64,000 nt of DNA from Bispira polyomma (taxonomy: Eukaryota). Every line of letters starts with the position of its first letter. Position 1 is the stretch's first letter. The notes beneath the pieces were generated by a model. The model saw only the letters and a program-made list of their open reading frames with translations, made no database searches and was not told the origin of the DNA. The stretch is taken from NCBI GenBank assembly GCA_965649765.1, contig OZ287758.1, positions 56,544,001 to 56,608,000 on the forward strand, read 5' to 3'. The translations under genes and the position numbers were made by a program. Positions 51,850 through 62,742 of this stretch are shown here, in pieces.

Positions 51850-53760
51850 AAATCAGTGGCAGACTATGTCCAAGGAAGAAGTCCTTAAGATTACTCAGTC
51901 CTTCCCACCCCCAAACAAGTCCTGCGATCTGGATCCATCTTGTTTTAAAACTACGCATTATTATTATTATGCATTTTTAACGCGCTTTATTGATGCCAGG
52001 CATCTTCTAAAGCGCAACAGCAGAATCAGTGATCCAATCATAAAGTCCTTGGGCATAGCAAGGGTAGAGGGGTTAACAGCTGGTTAATCAGAAGGCAACC
52101 AGACTGGGTATTAACCCACTCCGTAGCATCAAGCGGCAAAGGGCGCAACTCCCTTTCACGCTTCACATGGTGAAGGGTGCCGTAGCCGTGTGTATCTCCA
52201 CTTCTCAAAAAACCCAGCTTTGATATAAATACCTTAAGAATTATAGACCTGTATCCAATCTGAGCTATGTCTCCAAACCCGTGGAGAAAACCGTTAAATG
52301 ACTTCATGATCCATGAAGGCCCCTAAAATATACATCAATCAGCATACAGATGCTTTCATTCCACTGAAATGGCCCTGGTGAAAATTAAAAATAATATATG
52401 TATCTACTGCTGTTTACAATAGCACTCGGTGTTTGATCTGTCTGCTCCCTTTGATATCATCGACCATAGTGTACTCGTTACTTGTGTGACTGATTGGTTT
52501 GTCATTGATGGGAGAGTCCTTGATTGGATCCGGTCCTATTTACATCGTAAAAAGGGGCCACGGTGGCCTACTGGTTAGCAAGCATTGCGCTTCACAATCA
52601 CTGGTCTCTCACCTCTGGGCGGCGTGAGTTCAAATCCCATCGATGCCTATGTGGGAAAGGTGGTAATTCCTTACTGTGGGCTGCTGGTTTCTCTGCAGAA
52701 CCTTGACCGACTGTATGTAGTGTTTCCTCCAGCGTTTCCAACTACCCGTCCCAATATAATCTACTAAAAGGTACTAGAGTGGACGTTAAATATCTGAATT
52801 CAAATTACATCGTAAAAAGCAAAAAAAAATCAAAATTGGTGATAAATTCCCACATGGTGTCCGACAAGGTTCTGTATTTGGCCCTCTCCTCTTCACCATG
52901 TACACCACTCCCCACAACCCCCCTCAGTAAAATTATCTTTCAGTTTAACGTCACTCATCGCCTGCATGCTGACAACATAAAAATATATTTAGCACTAGAT
53001 GCAAGAAACTTTGATTTAAACATAGAGTTGGGAAAAGTGCCTTGAAGCTGTGCAAATATGGATGGAAAGTGTGAAGCTCAAACTCAACCCAGACATAACT
53101 AAATTTATTACTATAGAAGACAATGCTATACTAGTTTCAAGCCATTCTTCCTGGTCAGTCTCCTTGAAAACAATATGCCACCATCACGTAAAGAACCTTG
53201 GTGTTATCTTCAACCAAAACAACTTGTACAGTAGCCATGTAGCTACTACGATCTGCGCAGAATATGCAGGTATCTCAGTCTTGAAACTGTGGTCCAGGTG
53301 GCAAACACAATGGTGAGCAGTCAGCTAGACTATTTGCAACTCCTTGCTGTATGGTATTAGTATAAGGTTAATATGACACGGCTCCAAATAGTCAAAAATG
53401 CCCTCTGCCGTATTGTGTACAAGCTTGACAAATTCAGCTATGTCTCGCCAAACTAAACCAACTGCACTGGCTATCTGTCGGAACAGCATATTATTTTTAA
53501 ATACAACCATCTTGTGCTCAAAGCTGTCAAACTCAACCAACCTCCTTATTTGTCCTCGCTCATCAAGTCTAGCAGCCTTACCCGGGGAAACCACATCTCC
53601 CTTTCCTCAAGCCAGATAATAGGATAATCGGCAGGCGCTGCTTTACTGTCACGGCTCCTATCCAATGGAACAAGCTCCCACAGACTGTCGGATCACAAGA
53701 TACAATCCCTGGTTTTAGAAGCCATCTCAAAACCTACTTTTTCAGACTGGCCTACCCCCT
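51850..53760 (+). pseudogene. Decayed L2-clade LINE reverse transcriptase region
   Basis: Frameshifted motifs KSCDLDP, KNYRPVSNL, HQSAYR..HSTE.AL, DLSA.FD.IDH, GV.QGSV.GPLLFT.Y, HADN (for YADD), WM..LKLNP, KNLGVIF, LKTY.F. Confidence 0.85.
52554..52804 (+). mobile_element. tRNA-derived SINE inserted in the L2 fragment, with 14-bp TSD
   Basis: A-box-like tggcctactgg and B-box gagttcaaatccc; TSD ttacatcgtaaaaa at 52540-52553 and 52805-52818. Confidence 0.85.
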
Positions 53761-54487
53761 CTGTAGTTTCACCCTTCATATTTATTCTCATTGGACACAC
53801 AGTTAAATAACCCTTCATAGTTTATTATCATTGGACACACAGTTAAATAAAAGGAACTGACCAAATGTTTATGAGTTCAGCAGCTTGAAAATCATGTCAA
53901 TCCAGCGAAAAGATTTAAGAACCCTTGGAGTTATTGCTGACTCCAATCTTTTTTTTTTTAAGTCTATGCCAAACTGAATGATATTATATGCACGATATTC
54001 ACATCTTTTATTGCAATACAATTACTTACCCAGTGAAACTGTGTGCTTACCGGTAGTTCGCCTGCCGGTGACGACCAACCCTAAGAGAAAAGGGGTTATG
54101 TACCAGTCGCCTCCGACGAGAGTCGGTCCACCGGGGACCGAGACATCACGTGACCCTGCGCGAGAAGCTGCGCAAACGACCATTCTTTTACTGGTCGCCA
54201 TTTTGAAGACATCGTGTTTCGGATTACGAACTTTAATTAGAATTTTCTTTAAACTGTTACAAGTTTTAACGTAAATTGTTTATCATGGAGTTAGCTCTTT
54301 GGATATGGATCATGCTGGACTTTTTTAGTCCCACCTGGATAGGGTTTATAGGGTTTTGCAGAGCTTTCAGCTCTGGCCTTATCTTCCTTGGATACGAGAT
54401 GGCTACTCGGTTTCTGGGTTTGTTGCATCTTGTGGGGGTACTCTCACCCTCGGGGAAAAGCAGGAACTCAGCTCTCTGAGTCGTATT

Positions 54488-56023
54488 ATGAGTTTACTCA
54501 GCGCAGTGGAGGGTAGAGCCAATGCCTCGGGACAGTCTACCTCACCACAACTTCCTCCCCTTGCTATCCTGACGATTGTGGCTATATCTCTGATATGTGC
54601 TGCCCTTTTTCTCATCTGTGTTGCCACCCCTCCTCCCAAGCCTCCTAGACAAGCTAGTGGCACGAAATCGGGGCAAAAGCAGGGCCGTTGTGGCCATTTC
54701 TTTGCTTCGTGGGATGACCATGGTTGGTGTCCTACCTGCCGACAGGCTGGGAAAGGTCAGGACCCTTGTGCTAAGAATCCGTCGGATTTTTGCAAGTTTT
54801 GCGCTTCCTTCACAGATGAGCAGAGAACAAAAATTAAGTTAAGAGTCACCTACCGACAACGGCAGGAAAAGAAACGGGCCCCTCTGGCATCCCCAGAAGA
54901 TACCCTGCTAGACTCGCCTAACCGGTCCGGTGGTGCTACCGGCCTAACCGGCACCGGCGCCAGTGCCGAAGCCATGGAGGTTTCAGACTTTGATGCCAAC
55001 GTCCTCCTGGATGAACCTGCTGAACAACCTCAGCCCACGGCTTCCACTAGTGATTTTCAGCCACCTTATCCTCAGAGGGTCGATGTACAGATCCCATTGG
55101 AAAGGGTGACAGGATTAGGCCCGACACCGGGTATGCCCGGTATTCAGCCGTTACCTCCGCCACCCCCTGCTACACCAATGACACAGTCGCGTGCTCTCGT
55201 TGATAATTTGAGAAATCAGTTCACCACGGAACTTTGTTCTCTTCACGGCAAAATGGACCTGCAACAGCAGCGTACCGACAATTTGCTCCAACAGCAGGCG
55301 GCAAAGTCTGATCTACTACTTCAGACTCTCATGAAGGAACTATCCTCTCTGAAAAACCAAACCCGGGAGAGGGAGCCTCAGCCCCCCGGAGAATTTGCCT
55401 CGGTCTCCTCACGCACACCAGGTAGCGGCCTCACTCCGGCTCAACAGCCTCGTGACCATTACGGGGAGGTCTTATCGACATCCTCCCAACAGCAAGCTCA
55501 TACTAGGGGCTACCATGAGCCTCTGTTCGAGCAACCGGATAGGTCGTATGGCCTACACCATACTAAGGCCCCCATGGATACACAGCCAGAGATATCATGG
55601 GACAAAGCCACCCCTGATCCCGATCAGGAAATGGAGTATATGTCACCTAACACCTTGGCCCGGTATGAGCGTAAGCTCAAGAAAGAACACAAGAAAACAC
55701 ATAAAAAGGATAAAAAGAGTCGTCATAGGAAGAGAACCCCAGACGCTTCGGCCTCGGACTCTTCGAACGACTCGTCTGACTATGAACCGGCAAGACCGGT
55801 TAAATCTAAACATAAGGCTAAACCTTCAGCTTCTCTAGGGGCTCCCCCTGCACGGGACCCGGAACGCGAGGCAGGCGAAGTCTCAGATGACAATGAGGAG
55901 GAACACGCTGCAGAGTTTATCGCTGCAAAGAAAAGGGCAAAGGAGATTGCCCAACCATTGAATTCTCCTACACCGGGACGAACCTCTCGGGATTCTTCAC
56001 GTTCCCACCGAAAATTTTTCTGA
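54488..56023 (+). CDS. DIRS gag-like ORF1, N-terminal part (Cys/His cluster, coiled-coil-like, basic region)
   Basis: First in-frame ATG at 54488; CGH..HGWCPTC..DPC..CKFC cluster; ends at TTC TGA. Confidence 0.75.
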   Translation: MSLLSAVEGRANASGQSTSPQLPPLAILTIVAISLICAALFLICVATPPPKPPRQASGTKSGQKQGRCGHFFASWDDHGWCPTCRQAGKGQDPCAKNPSDFCKFCASFTDEQRTKIKLRVTYRQRQEKKRAPLASPEDTLLDSPNRSGGATGLTGTGASAEAMEVSDFDANVLLDEPAEQPQPTASTSDFQPPYPQRVDVQIPLERVTGLGPTPGMPGIQPLPPPPPATPMTQSRALVDNLRNQFTTELCSLHGKMDLQQQRTDNLLQQQAAKSDLLLQTLMKELSSLKNQTREREPQPPGEFASVSSRTPGSGLTPAQQPRDHYGEVLSTSSQQQAHTRGYHEPLFEQPDRSYGLHHTKAPMDTQPEISWDKATPDPDQEMEYMSPNTLARYERKLKKEHKKTHKKDKKSRHRKRTPDASASDSSNDSSDYEPARPVKSKHKAKPSASLGAPPARDPEREAGEVSDDNEEEHAAEFIAAKKRAKEIAQPLNSPTPGRTSRDSSRSHRKFF

Positions 56024-57080
56024 GGACGATAACGCCACCACAACTAGGGACGAGTATACGTACTTCCCTACATATGTAGAAACTTTGAAGGCGGTTAGGA
56101 CAATACTGGACATCCCAGAACCAAAAGAAACTCCTAAGGAGGAATCTTCAACCTCACTGTTTCGGGCACAGCCCGCAGCGGAGGACTCCGTATTGCCCCC
56201 ATCTCTCAAGCTACCGGCTTTAGACTTGGCTTCAAAATTTCAGGCTCTTACTCTCGCTACAACTGCTCACCCTACCGGTGGAGAGTCTAGGCGCCTTCAA
56301 CAAGGAGAAATTCTTAAAATGCCCAGGTCGGATGTAAAATTTTATCCTATACAAGACGCTGCGTGGTCAGTTACACCGCAACTACTCAATCCCAATTTCC
56401 GAGATATAGAGCAGAACAACTCCAGACAGACTCCGGCCTGTCATGTGTCTCAAAAGCAAATGCGGCAGTGGGAGGGTAGACAAAAGGAGTGGCTCTCAGC
56501 CCTCAACCACTACTCACACTTCTCTAGGGCGGCAGAGATAGCAATCACAAAGGCCCGCCAAGAGCAGGACCCGGCCCTTAAAGAAGAAAACCTAGCTGTC
56601 GCACAGAGGGTCATGATTAGCATGTCCCGGGTCGTGGGACACCTCCACGCAGACATAATGACAATGATGGCTAACACAATTCTCTTTGGGAGAGATGCTG
56701 TGTTAACAAATCTGCACCCATTTGTGCCAGGTCATTTAAAATCCGACCTGAGGTCATCTCCATACCAATCGACTGACCTATTCGACCCGGCGGTTGTCAC
56801 CAAGGCCCAGGAGGCCATAAAGAACGATAAACGTTATAACACAAACCGCGGTTCCTCAGGGGACTACAAACACAAAGGTAGCTCATCCAGGGGCTCATAC
56901 CGCGGCAACCGATCCTCACCCTATTACCAGGGGGGACGTGTTCGTTCTTCCCGGGGGCGGGGAAACAACTCTTATAGAGGTGGCCGTGGAGGCGGTGGTG
57001 GCAATGGATCGGACAAAGGATCAGGAGGAGGCTTCAAGAAGCCTTTCCCTCGTGGTGGAGGCCGTGGTGGCTCATCCTAA
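56022..57080 (+). CDS. DIRS gag-like ORF1, C-terminal part (+1 frame), RGG-rich tail
   Basis: Open frame continuing past the 56023 stop; (R)RD..L and LF motifs near the end, typical of DIRS gag; RGG/RG tail. Confidence 0.75.
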   Translation, partial: EDDNATTTRDEYTYFPTYVETLKAVRTILDIPEPKETPKEESSTSLFRAQPAAEDSVLPPSLKLPALDLASKFQALTLATTAHPTGGESRRLQQGEILKMPRSDVKFYPIQDAAWSVTPQLLNPNFRDIEQNNSRQTPACHVSQKQMRQWEGRQKEWLSALNHYSHFSRAAEIAITKARQEQDPALKEENLAVAQRVMISMSRVVGHLHADIMTMMANTILFGRDAVLTNLHPFVPGHLKSDLRSSPYQSTDLFDPAVVTKAQEAIKNDKRYNTNRGSSGDYKHKGSSSRGSYRGNRSSPYYQGGRVRSSRGRGNNSYRGGRGGGGGNGSDKGSGGGFKKPFPRGGGRGGSS

Positions 57081-59139
57081 TGAGGCTCCACCGGAGCAGA
57101 CGCCCTTAGGGGTTGGGGCACGTTTGCTTCATTTTGTGCCCGAATGGACATCGAAAGGAATAATCCAAAGAGAACTGGATATCATAAGACTAGGATATTC
57201 CCTTCCATTCAGGAAAAAGCCTCCTCTCTCCCGGTTCCCATACATCATAAGTGGATACACGGGAGTAGAAAAAGACAAAGCCTTACACAACTGTGTGGTG
57301 GACCTTCTGTTAAAACAAGCAGTCGTACCGGTGCAAAAGACAAACTCGTTGGGATACACCAGTCGTCTTTTCCTCGTACCCAAACCGGGCAACCGGTGGA
57401 GACCGGTCATAGACCTCAGTACTATCAACAAATACCTCGAGGTCCACAAGTTCCGCATGGAGACCCCGGAATCTATCCGGGCCTCTCTACAACAGGGGGA
57501 ATGGGTCACCTCACTGGACCTCACGGACGCTTACCTACACATCCCTATTCACCCCAGGTCTCAAAAATACCTCAGGTTCCACCACAGAGGCAAGTCCTAC
57601 CAGTTCAGGGCTCTTCCATTTGGACTAGCAACAGCCCCTCACGAGTTCACTCTGCTAGTCAAGGAAGTAAAACTGATGGCCCTCTCTTTGGGAGTTCGGA
57701 TGCATCAGTATTTGGACGACTGGCTTATCAGAGCACCTTCAGCAGCTCAATGCCAAGCCAGCACAGAGACCGTGATCTCCCTCATCACAGATTTGGGCTG
57801 GATCATCAATTACGGAAAGTCGGAACTTATCCCCTCACAGAACTTTACCTTCGTCGGGTACCAGTTCGATCTACAGAGGGGACTGGTACTACCTACACCA
57901 GACCGGTTGTGCAAGCTACAGGATATGATCAACCGGATACTCATCACATCTCAGGTGTCTGTACGTCTCTGGATGTCTCTTATCGGCCTCCTTGCGTCAA
58001 CAGAAAAACAAGTCCCTGGGGGTCGCCTTCAAATGCGACCTCTACAATGGCACCTGAAGAACCACTGGAGGTTCCCGGAAACCTTAAACAAACTCATTCC
58101 AGTGGACCCTCTCCTCAAGGCTCACCTCGAATGGTGGTTGGATCCAAGAAACGTATTGGTGGGAGACTCCCTCCATCCTCTCGAGCACAATACATTGCTC
58201 TTTACAGACGCTTCAAACGAAGGTTGGGGCGCTCACTTGGATTATCACACAGCAAGAGGCGGATGGTCAGTGTCCGAACAAGATCTGCACATAAATGTAC
58301 TAGAACTCAAGGCCGTCTATCGGGCTTTACAGGCCTTCAAGGTTCAGTGCTCCGGTCAAAGAGTCCTTCTGTCCACAGACAACTCATTGGTGGTAGCCTA
58401 CATCAACAAACAGGGAGGCACACACTCACTGGAGATGTGTGCCCTAGTCTGGAGGATACAAACATTGTGTCACAACTTAACTGTGACTCTAAGAGCTCGT
58501 CACATTCCCGGATGTCGAAACGTCATCGCCGACGCTCTCTCCAGAAAGAACCAAGTCATCCAGACAGAGTGGTCACTCTGCCCTCGGATCTTCAAAACCC
58601 TGTGTCACCAGTGGTACACCCCACATGTGGACATGTTTGCAACAAACTTGAATTACAAGCTACCGATATACGTCTCTCCACTTCCAGATCCACAAGCCTG
58701 GGCAGTGGATGCTCTCAACATATCTTGGGACAACCTGGACGTTTACTGTTATCCCCCGACAGCTCTGATCACCAAGGTGATCAACAAAGTACGCACCCAC
58801 AGGTGCAGGATACTTCTCATAGCCCCAGGGTGGCCGGGAATGCCCTGGTTCTGGGACCTCGTGGACCTATCACTGCGAGTCCCTCTACTGCTACCTCCAC
58901 GCCACAACTTACTCAGACAACCGTGGAACCTCCGGTTCCATCCGGATCCGGCATTCCTGAACCTTCACGCTTGGTGTCTAGGAGTACCGGACTACAAGAG
59001 CAAGGCTTCACCCCTGCAGTGGCAGAAAGGATTGCTCAACCTCAGAGGCTCTCTACAAGATCCGTCTATAAGTCAAAGTGGACCGTTTTTCAACGATGGT
59101 GTGAGGAAAAGCAGGTGGACTTCACATGCCCACCTATAA
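56938..59139 (+). CDS. DIRS pol: reverse transcriptase, RNase H, DNA adenine methyltransferase-like domain
   Basis: SRLFLVPK, RPVIDL, LDLTDAY, LPFGL, YLDD; FTDAS, INVLELKAV, TDN, ADALSR; DMFAT...YCYPP. True start uncertain. Confidence 0.95.
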   Translation: MFVLPGGGETTLIEVAVEAVVAMDRTKDQEEASRSLSLVVEAVVAHPNEAPPEQTPLGVGARLLHFVPEWTSKGIIQRELDIIRLGYSLPFRKKPPLSRFPYIISGYTGVEKDKALHNCVVDLLLKQAVVPVQKTNSLGYTSRLFLVPKPGNRWRPVIDLSTINKYLEVHKFRMETPESIRASLQQGEWVTSLDLTDAYLHIPIHPRSQKYLRFHHRGKSYQFRALPFGLATAPHEFTLLVKEVKLMALSLGVRMHQYLDDWLIRAPSAAQCQASTETVISLITDLGWIINYGKSELIPSQNFTFVGYQFDLQRGLVLPTPDRLCKLQDMINRILITSQVSVRLWMSLIGLLASTEKQVPGGRLQMRPLQWHLKNHWRFPETLNKLIPVDPLLKAHLEWWLDPRNVLVGDSLHPLEHNTLLFTDASNEGWGAHLDYHTARGGWSVSEQDLHINVLELKAVYRALQAFKVQCSGQRVLLSTDNSLVVAYINKQGGTHSLEMCALVWRIQTLCHNLTVTLRARHIPGCRNVIADALSRKNQVIQTEWSLCPRIFKTLCHQWYTPHVDMFATNLNYKLPIYVSPLPDPQAWAVDALNISWDNLDVYCYPPTALITKVINKVRTHRCRILLIAPGWPGMPWFWDLVDLSLRVPLLLPPRHNLLRQPWNLRFHPDPAFLNLHAWCLGVPDYKSKASPLQWQKGLLNLRGSLQDPSISQSGPFFNDGVRKSRWTSHAHL

Positions 59140-60050
59140 ATAAAGTAGCAGACTTCTTGATGCACCTCTACTCGGACAAGAACCTAAGACCTTCTACCAT
59201 AGAAGGCTACAGGACGGCTATTGCGGATACCCTCGGTTCCACAGTGAATATTAGTCACAACCAGGATATCTCTCGTTTGTTGACTAGTTTTCATCGAGAT
59301 AGGCCTAAGGCAGCCAGATCCTTACCAAAGTGGAACCTCTCGGTTGTTCTACATCAGCTTACTTGTCCTCCTTTTGAACCGTTAAGAAAAGCAGAACTGA
59401 AGCATCTTACCTACAAGACAGCCTTCTTACTTGCTCTGGCATCAGGAAAACGTCGGAGCGAAATTCACGCTTGGATATTTGAATACATGCGAAATCTGGG
59501 CCACTGGGAGAAAATATCTTTAGCAGCCTCCCCGGCCTTTTTGGCCAAGAATCAACTTGCTAGGGAAGGACCACAGTGTATCGCACCGGTGATCATCCCG
59601 GCTCTCGCTCCAGCCTTAGACAGAAGCCTAGTTACAGACAGATCTTTGTGTCCTGTCAGAGCCCTGAGATACTACTTGGATAAAGTATCCGACATCAGGA
59701 AAGGGAGAAAGCTCTTGTTTGTGTCCTTTAAGAAAGGCCACAGCAAAGAAATACAGGCGTCAACCATATCATCATGGATTAAGGAAACAGTTAAGTTGTG
59801 TTACTCTCTCGCTGATGATCACTCTCTCGACCTTCTACAGGTCAAAGCTCATGACGTCAGAGCTTTCGCGGCCTCCAAAGCCTTCCAAGGTGGCGTTTCG
59901 GTCGATCAAATTATGTCAGCCTGCCATTGGAAGTCGCATTCCACGTTCACGGACTTTTACTTGAAAGACCTGGCCTGGGCAGACAAAGACTACCTCTACC
60001 TAGGTCCTGTTGTAGTGGCTCAACAGGTTGTGGATACTTCACCTTCCTGA
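57144..60050 (+). CDS. DIRS tyrosine recombinase ORF (overlaps pol)
   Basis: LALASGKRRSEI (R), LCPVRAL, HDVR (H..R), HWKS..TF..FY (catalytic Y). Confidence 0.93.
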   Translation: MDIERNNPKRTGYHKTRIFPSIQEKASSLPVPIHHKWIHGSRKRQSLTQLCGGPSVKTSSRTGAKDKLVGIHQSSFPRTQTGQPVETGHRPQYYQQIPRGPQVPHGDPGIYPGLSTTGGMGHLTGPHGRLPTHPYSPQVSKIPQVPPQRQVLPVQGSSIWTSNSPSRVHSASQGSKTDGPLFGSSDASVFGRLAYQSTFSSSMPSQHRDRDLPHHRFGLDHQLRKVGTYPLTELYLRRVPVRSTEGTGTTYTRPVVQATGYDQPDTHHISGVCTSLDVSYRPPCVNRKTSPWGSPSNATSTMAPEEPLEVPGNLKQTHSSGPSPQGSPRMVVGSKKRIGGRLPPSSRAQYIALYRRFKRRLGRSLGLSHSKRRMVSVRTRSAHKCTRTQGRLSGFTGLQGSVLRSKSPSVHRQLIGGSLHQQTGRHTLTGDVCPSLEDTNIVSQLNCDSKSSSHSRMSKRHRRRSLQKEPSHPDRVVTLPSDLQNPVSPVVHPTCGHVCNKLELQATDIRLSTSRSTSLGSGCSQHILGQPGRLLLSPDSSDHQGDQQSTHPQVQDTSHSPRVAGNALVLGPRGPITASPSTATSTPQLTQTTVEPPVPSGSGIPEPSRLVSRSTGLQEQGFTPAVAERIAQPQRLSTRSVYKSKWTVFQRWCEEKQVDFTCPPINKVADFLMHLYSDKNLRPSTIEGYRTAIADTLGSTVNISHNQDISRLLTSFHRDRPKAARSLPKWNLSVVLHQLTCPPFEPLRKAELKHLTYKTAFLLALASGKRRSEIHAWIFEYMRNLGHWEKISLAASPAFLAKNQLAREGPQCIAPVIIPALAPALDRSLVTDRSLCPVRALRYYLDKVSDIRKGRKLLFVSFKKGHSKEIQASTISSWIKETVKLCYSLADDHSLDLLQVKAHDVRAFAASKAFQGGVSVDQIMSACHWKSHSTFTDFYLKDLAWADKDYLYLGPVVVAQQVVDTSPS

Positions 60051-60676
60051 ACTACTCTCAACATGTGATATTTGCCTCAGTGTGTGTGCCTGTGACCCGG
60101 CTGCTCTCTTGTGAAAACCAGGGGGGGGAGCCGACCGGATCATGACACTTGCCAGTGCCCCGCCGGTCAACCGGATCCGTTACTACCGGATCTGGAGTGC
60201 TACACGCCAGCAGGATACCTGTATCGATGGTGAGAGAAAAGTTTGACTTATTCTGTTTTGATCTTAAAACACACATGTAAGCATGGTTGTCGAAAATAAA
60301 GTATGTTAATACTGTAATTCTGGGGGATAACTGATTACTATCTGTTCTCACATAAAAATATACATATACTTGTCAATATTAGTTCCAGATTGATATCTAA
60401 TTATTGCTTGTATTTTAACCCTTTGTAGGTCAGGAAGTCTTACAGTGTGTGGAAGTTTCTGGTACTCTATGAACAAGGTGGTCCTCTCAACTACAGGGAG
60501 CTTCATGCTATGGTAAATTACTTTTATTCATTAGACTAATTCCTTCTTTCCTTGTAGGATCAGACAGGAAGACACAGCATCACCACCATCAATACTAATA
60601 GCTTTGGTTATTTCAGAGAAAAGGAGTTCTACCAGCTTCCCTGTGGCGTTTACCCACCTCCTTGGTGTTGGTATTC

Positions 60677-60775
60677 AGCACACAGTTTCACTGGGTAAGT
60701 AATTGTATTGCAATAAAATTAGAAATTTTATTCATAAATTGTATTTTTATAAAATACATACTTACCCAGTGAAAC
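60677..60775. other. DIRS internal complementary region (ICR)
   Basis: First half is the reverse complement of the element's left end (ttttattgcaatacaattacttacccagtgaaactgtgtgct); second half is the reverse complement of the right end and extension. Confidence 0.95.
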
Positions 60776-62742
60776 GGTTAGAGTCCCACCCAACCTGCCC
60801 CGCGGTTAACGCCAAAGGGTAGTGTTATTTCAATTATTGGGTTCAAAATGGCTCTAGTAAATCAGAATGGTCGTTTGCGCAGCTTCTCGCGCAGGGTCAC
60901 GTGATGTCTCGGTCCCCGGTGGACCGACTCTCGTCGGAGGCGACCGGTACATAACCCCTTTTCTCTTGGGGTTGGTCGTCACCGGCAGGCGAACTACCGG
61001 TAAGCACACAGTTTCACTGGGTAAGTATGTATTTTATAAAAATACAATTTATGAATAAAATTTCTAAATTTGTCACATTGATGTGGAGACTGCAGTCAAC
61101 TTTTCAAATGCATTGGTGAGCAGTAAGCTGGACTACTGAAATTTCCTGCTCATTGGGCTTTCCATCTCATTTAAAACTTCCTTAGCCGAATAGTCACCAA
61201 CAAAGAAACTGCACTGATTACCTGGTTTGTTGTTTTTTTATCAAAAAACCGGTAGTTCTTCAAGTAATGATGTTGATGCAAAGTATTAAAAGCAACTAGC
61301 TGAATTGACCAATAAGAAACACAAATTCACAGAACACTATCATATTAATCAGTCTCAAACAGAAAAGTTCGGAAGGCACATGCACATGAATGTTTGGTGG
61401 ACTACAATCATCTGGTTCTTATAAATGTGATTTATTAAATTATACTGTTAAACAACATTTCCCTATATCCAATAGGTTGATGACACTTTCTTTTTAAAGA
61501 TATAATGCCATGGCAAACGCATACATGCATATATTAAATTAATTAAATCAAAAACATTTTCAGAAATTTAATCGTTTCAGTATACTTTTCACTTTAAATT
61601 TCTCTTGTATTTTAGTACTATTTTCCACATATTGGATGTTCGGGTTTATCTTCCCCAGGAAGCTCCATGTTTCGCTACAATCCGTAATAAGAGTATTTCT
61701 TTGAATTCGGTTATGACTGTGCCACGAAAACATTGTCAAATTTTATTCACACTTTTAATGGTACATTTAAAAAGTGTGCTCGAAAGATCAATTTGGGTAT
61801 CATGAAAGATTTTTTTATAGTGACTTTCCCAACATATAGCCCAGCTTGTTTTTGGCTGAATGCTAATCTTTTTGTTGATGATCTCGAACATACCCCTCAT
61901 AATATGAATTTTGTCCATGATTGGGATGTCGAGGCGCTTTGAGTTGTCTTAGTAGTCAGATTTAGTGCCTAAAAGTACTTAATTCGATGAGATACCAGCA
62001 ATTCATTATGGTCATAAAGTAATAAAAGACTGAGTGAAGTAACAATACACTAAAAAGTGCAGACAAATTATGTTAGCCACTTACCACTTGTTAGTCATTT
62101 TGTAAAAACTGTATTTTTAGTGTTTCGATTTTGCAAATGTGTGCACCTTTTTATAGTGACAGTGGACATAGTTTCTGCATTTATAAAAAATAGTAAATTA
62201 CGTAAGTAATAATAATCATTGAATTTGTTGCAACCTAATTTTTTTTCAGAATGAAACAAATTAAAGCTTGTCAAGATTTTGTCAATGATTTCAGTCAGGT
62301 GCCATTTGTTTTTTTTGTTTTTTTAATTATATTTTAACTTGTCAAGTTAGTATTAGTGGTGTAGCAATAAGTCATGTGCCATTGTGCGATATGTAATTTG
62401 AGAAATGTTACTGATCTTACTACATGACTGAGCTATATTGACCTTTATATATTTAGTACTGTGTATTTTTTTGTATTTCTTTTCTTGTTGCAAGAATTTT
62501 TTTTGATATTATGTTTTAAGTTCTCACAGGAACAAATTTTTTTTTTTTCTTTTTTTTAAATAACTTGCCATGGAGACTTGACGATAATTATTTTGTCACA
62601 TAGCTGACATGGAGAATATTTATTTTTCAGTTTGTATTTTTTATGTAAGTTTATTTTATTTTCATCTTTTTGTTTTGTCTCTGGCCAGAATAATTGCAGA
62701 AGTGGGATATCAGTTTTTTCATCTAGAGAATTGTAAAACTTC

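Larger units (their letters stand above)
54006..61071 (+). mobile_element. DIRS1-like tyrosine-recombinase retrotransposon, full length
   Basis: Left ITR 54006-54186; right ITR 60864-61027 plus extension to 61071; TTT termini; internal complementary region 60677-60775; gag, RT/RNase H/MTase and YR ORFs. Confidence 0.96.

Noticed and set aside
52554-52640. tRNA gene
   Set aside because: A/B boxes are present but I see no cloverleaf; it has a SINE body and a TSD.
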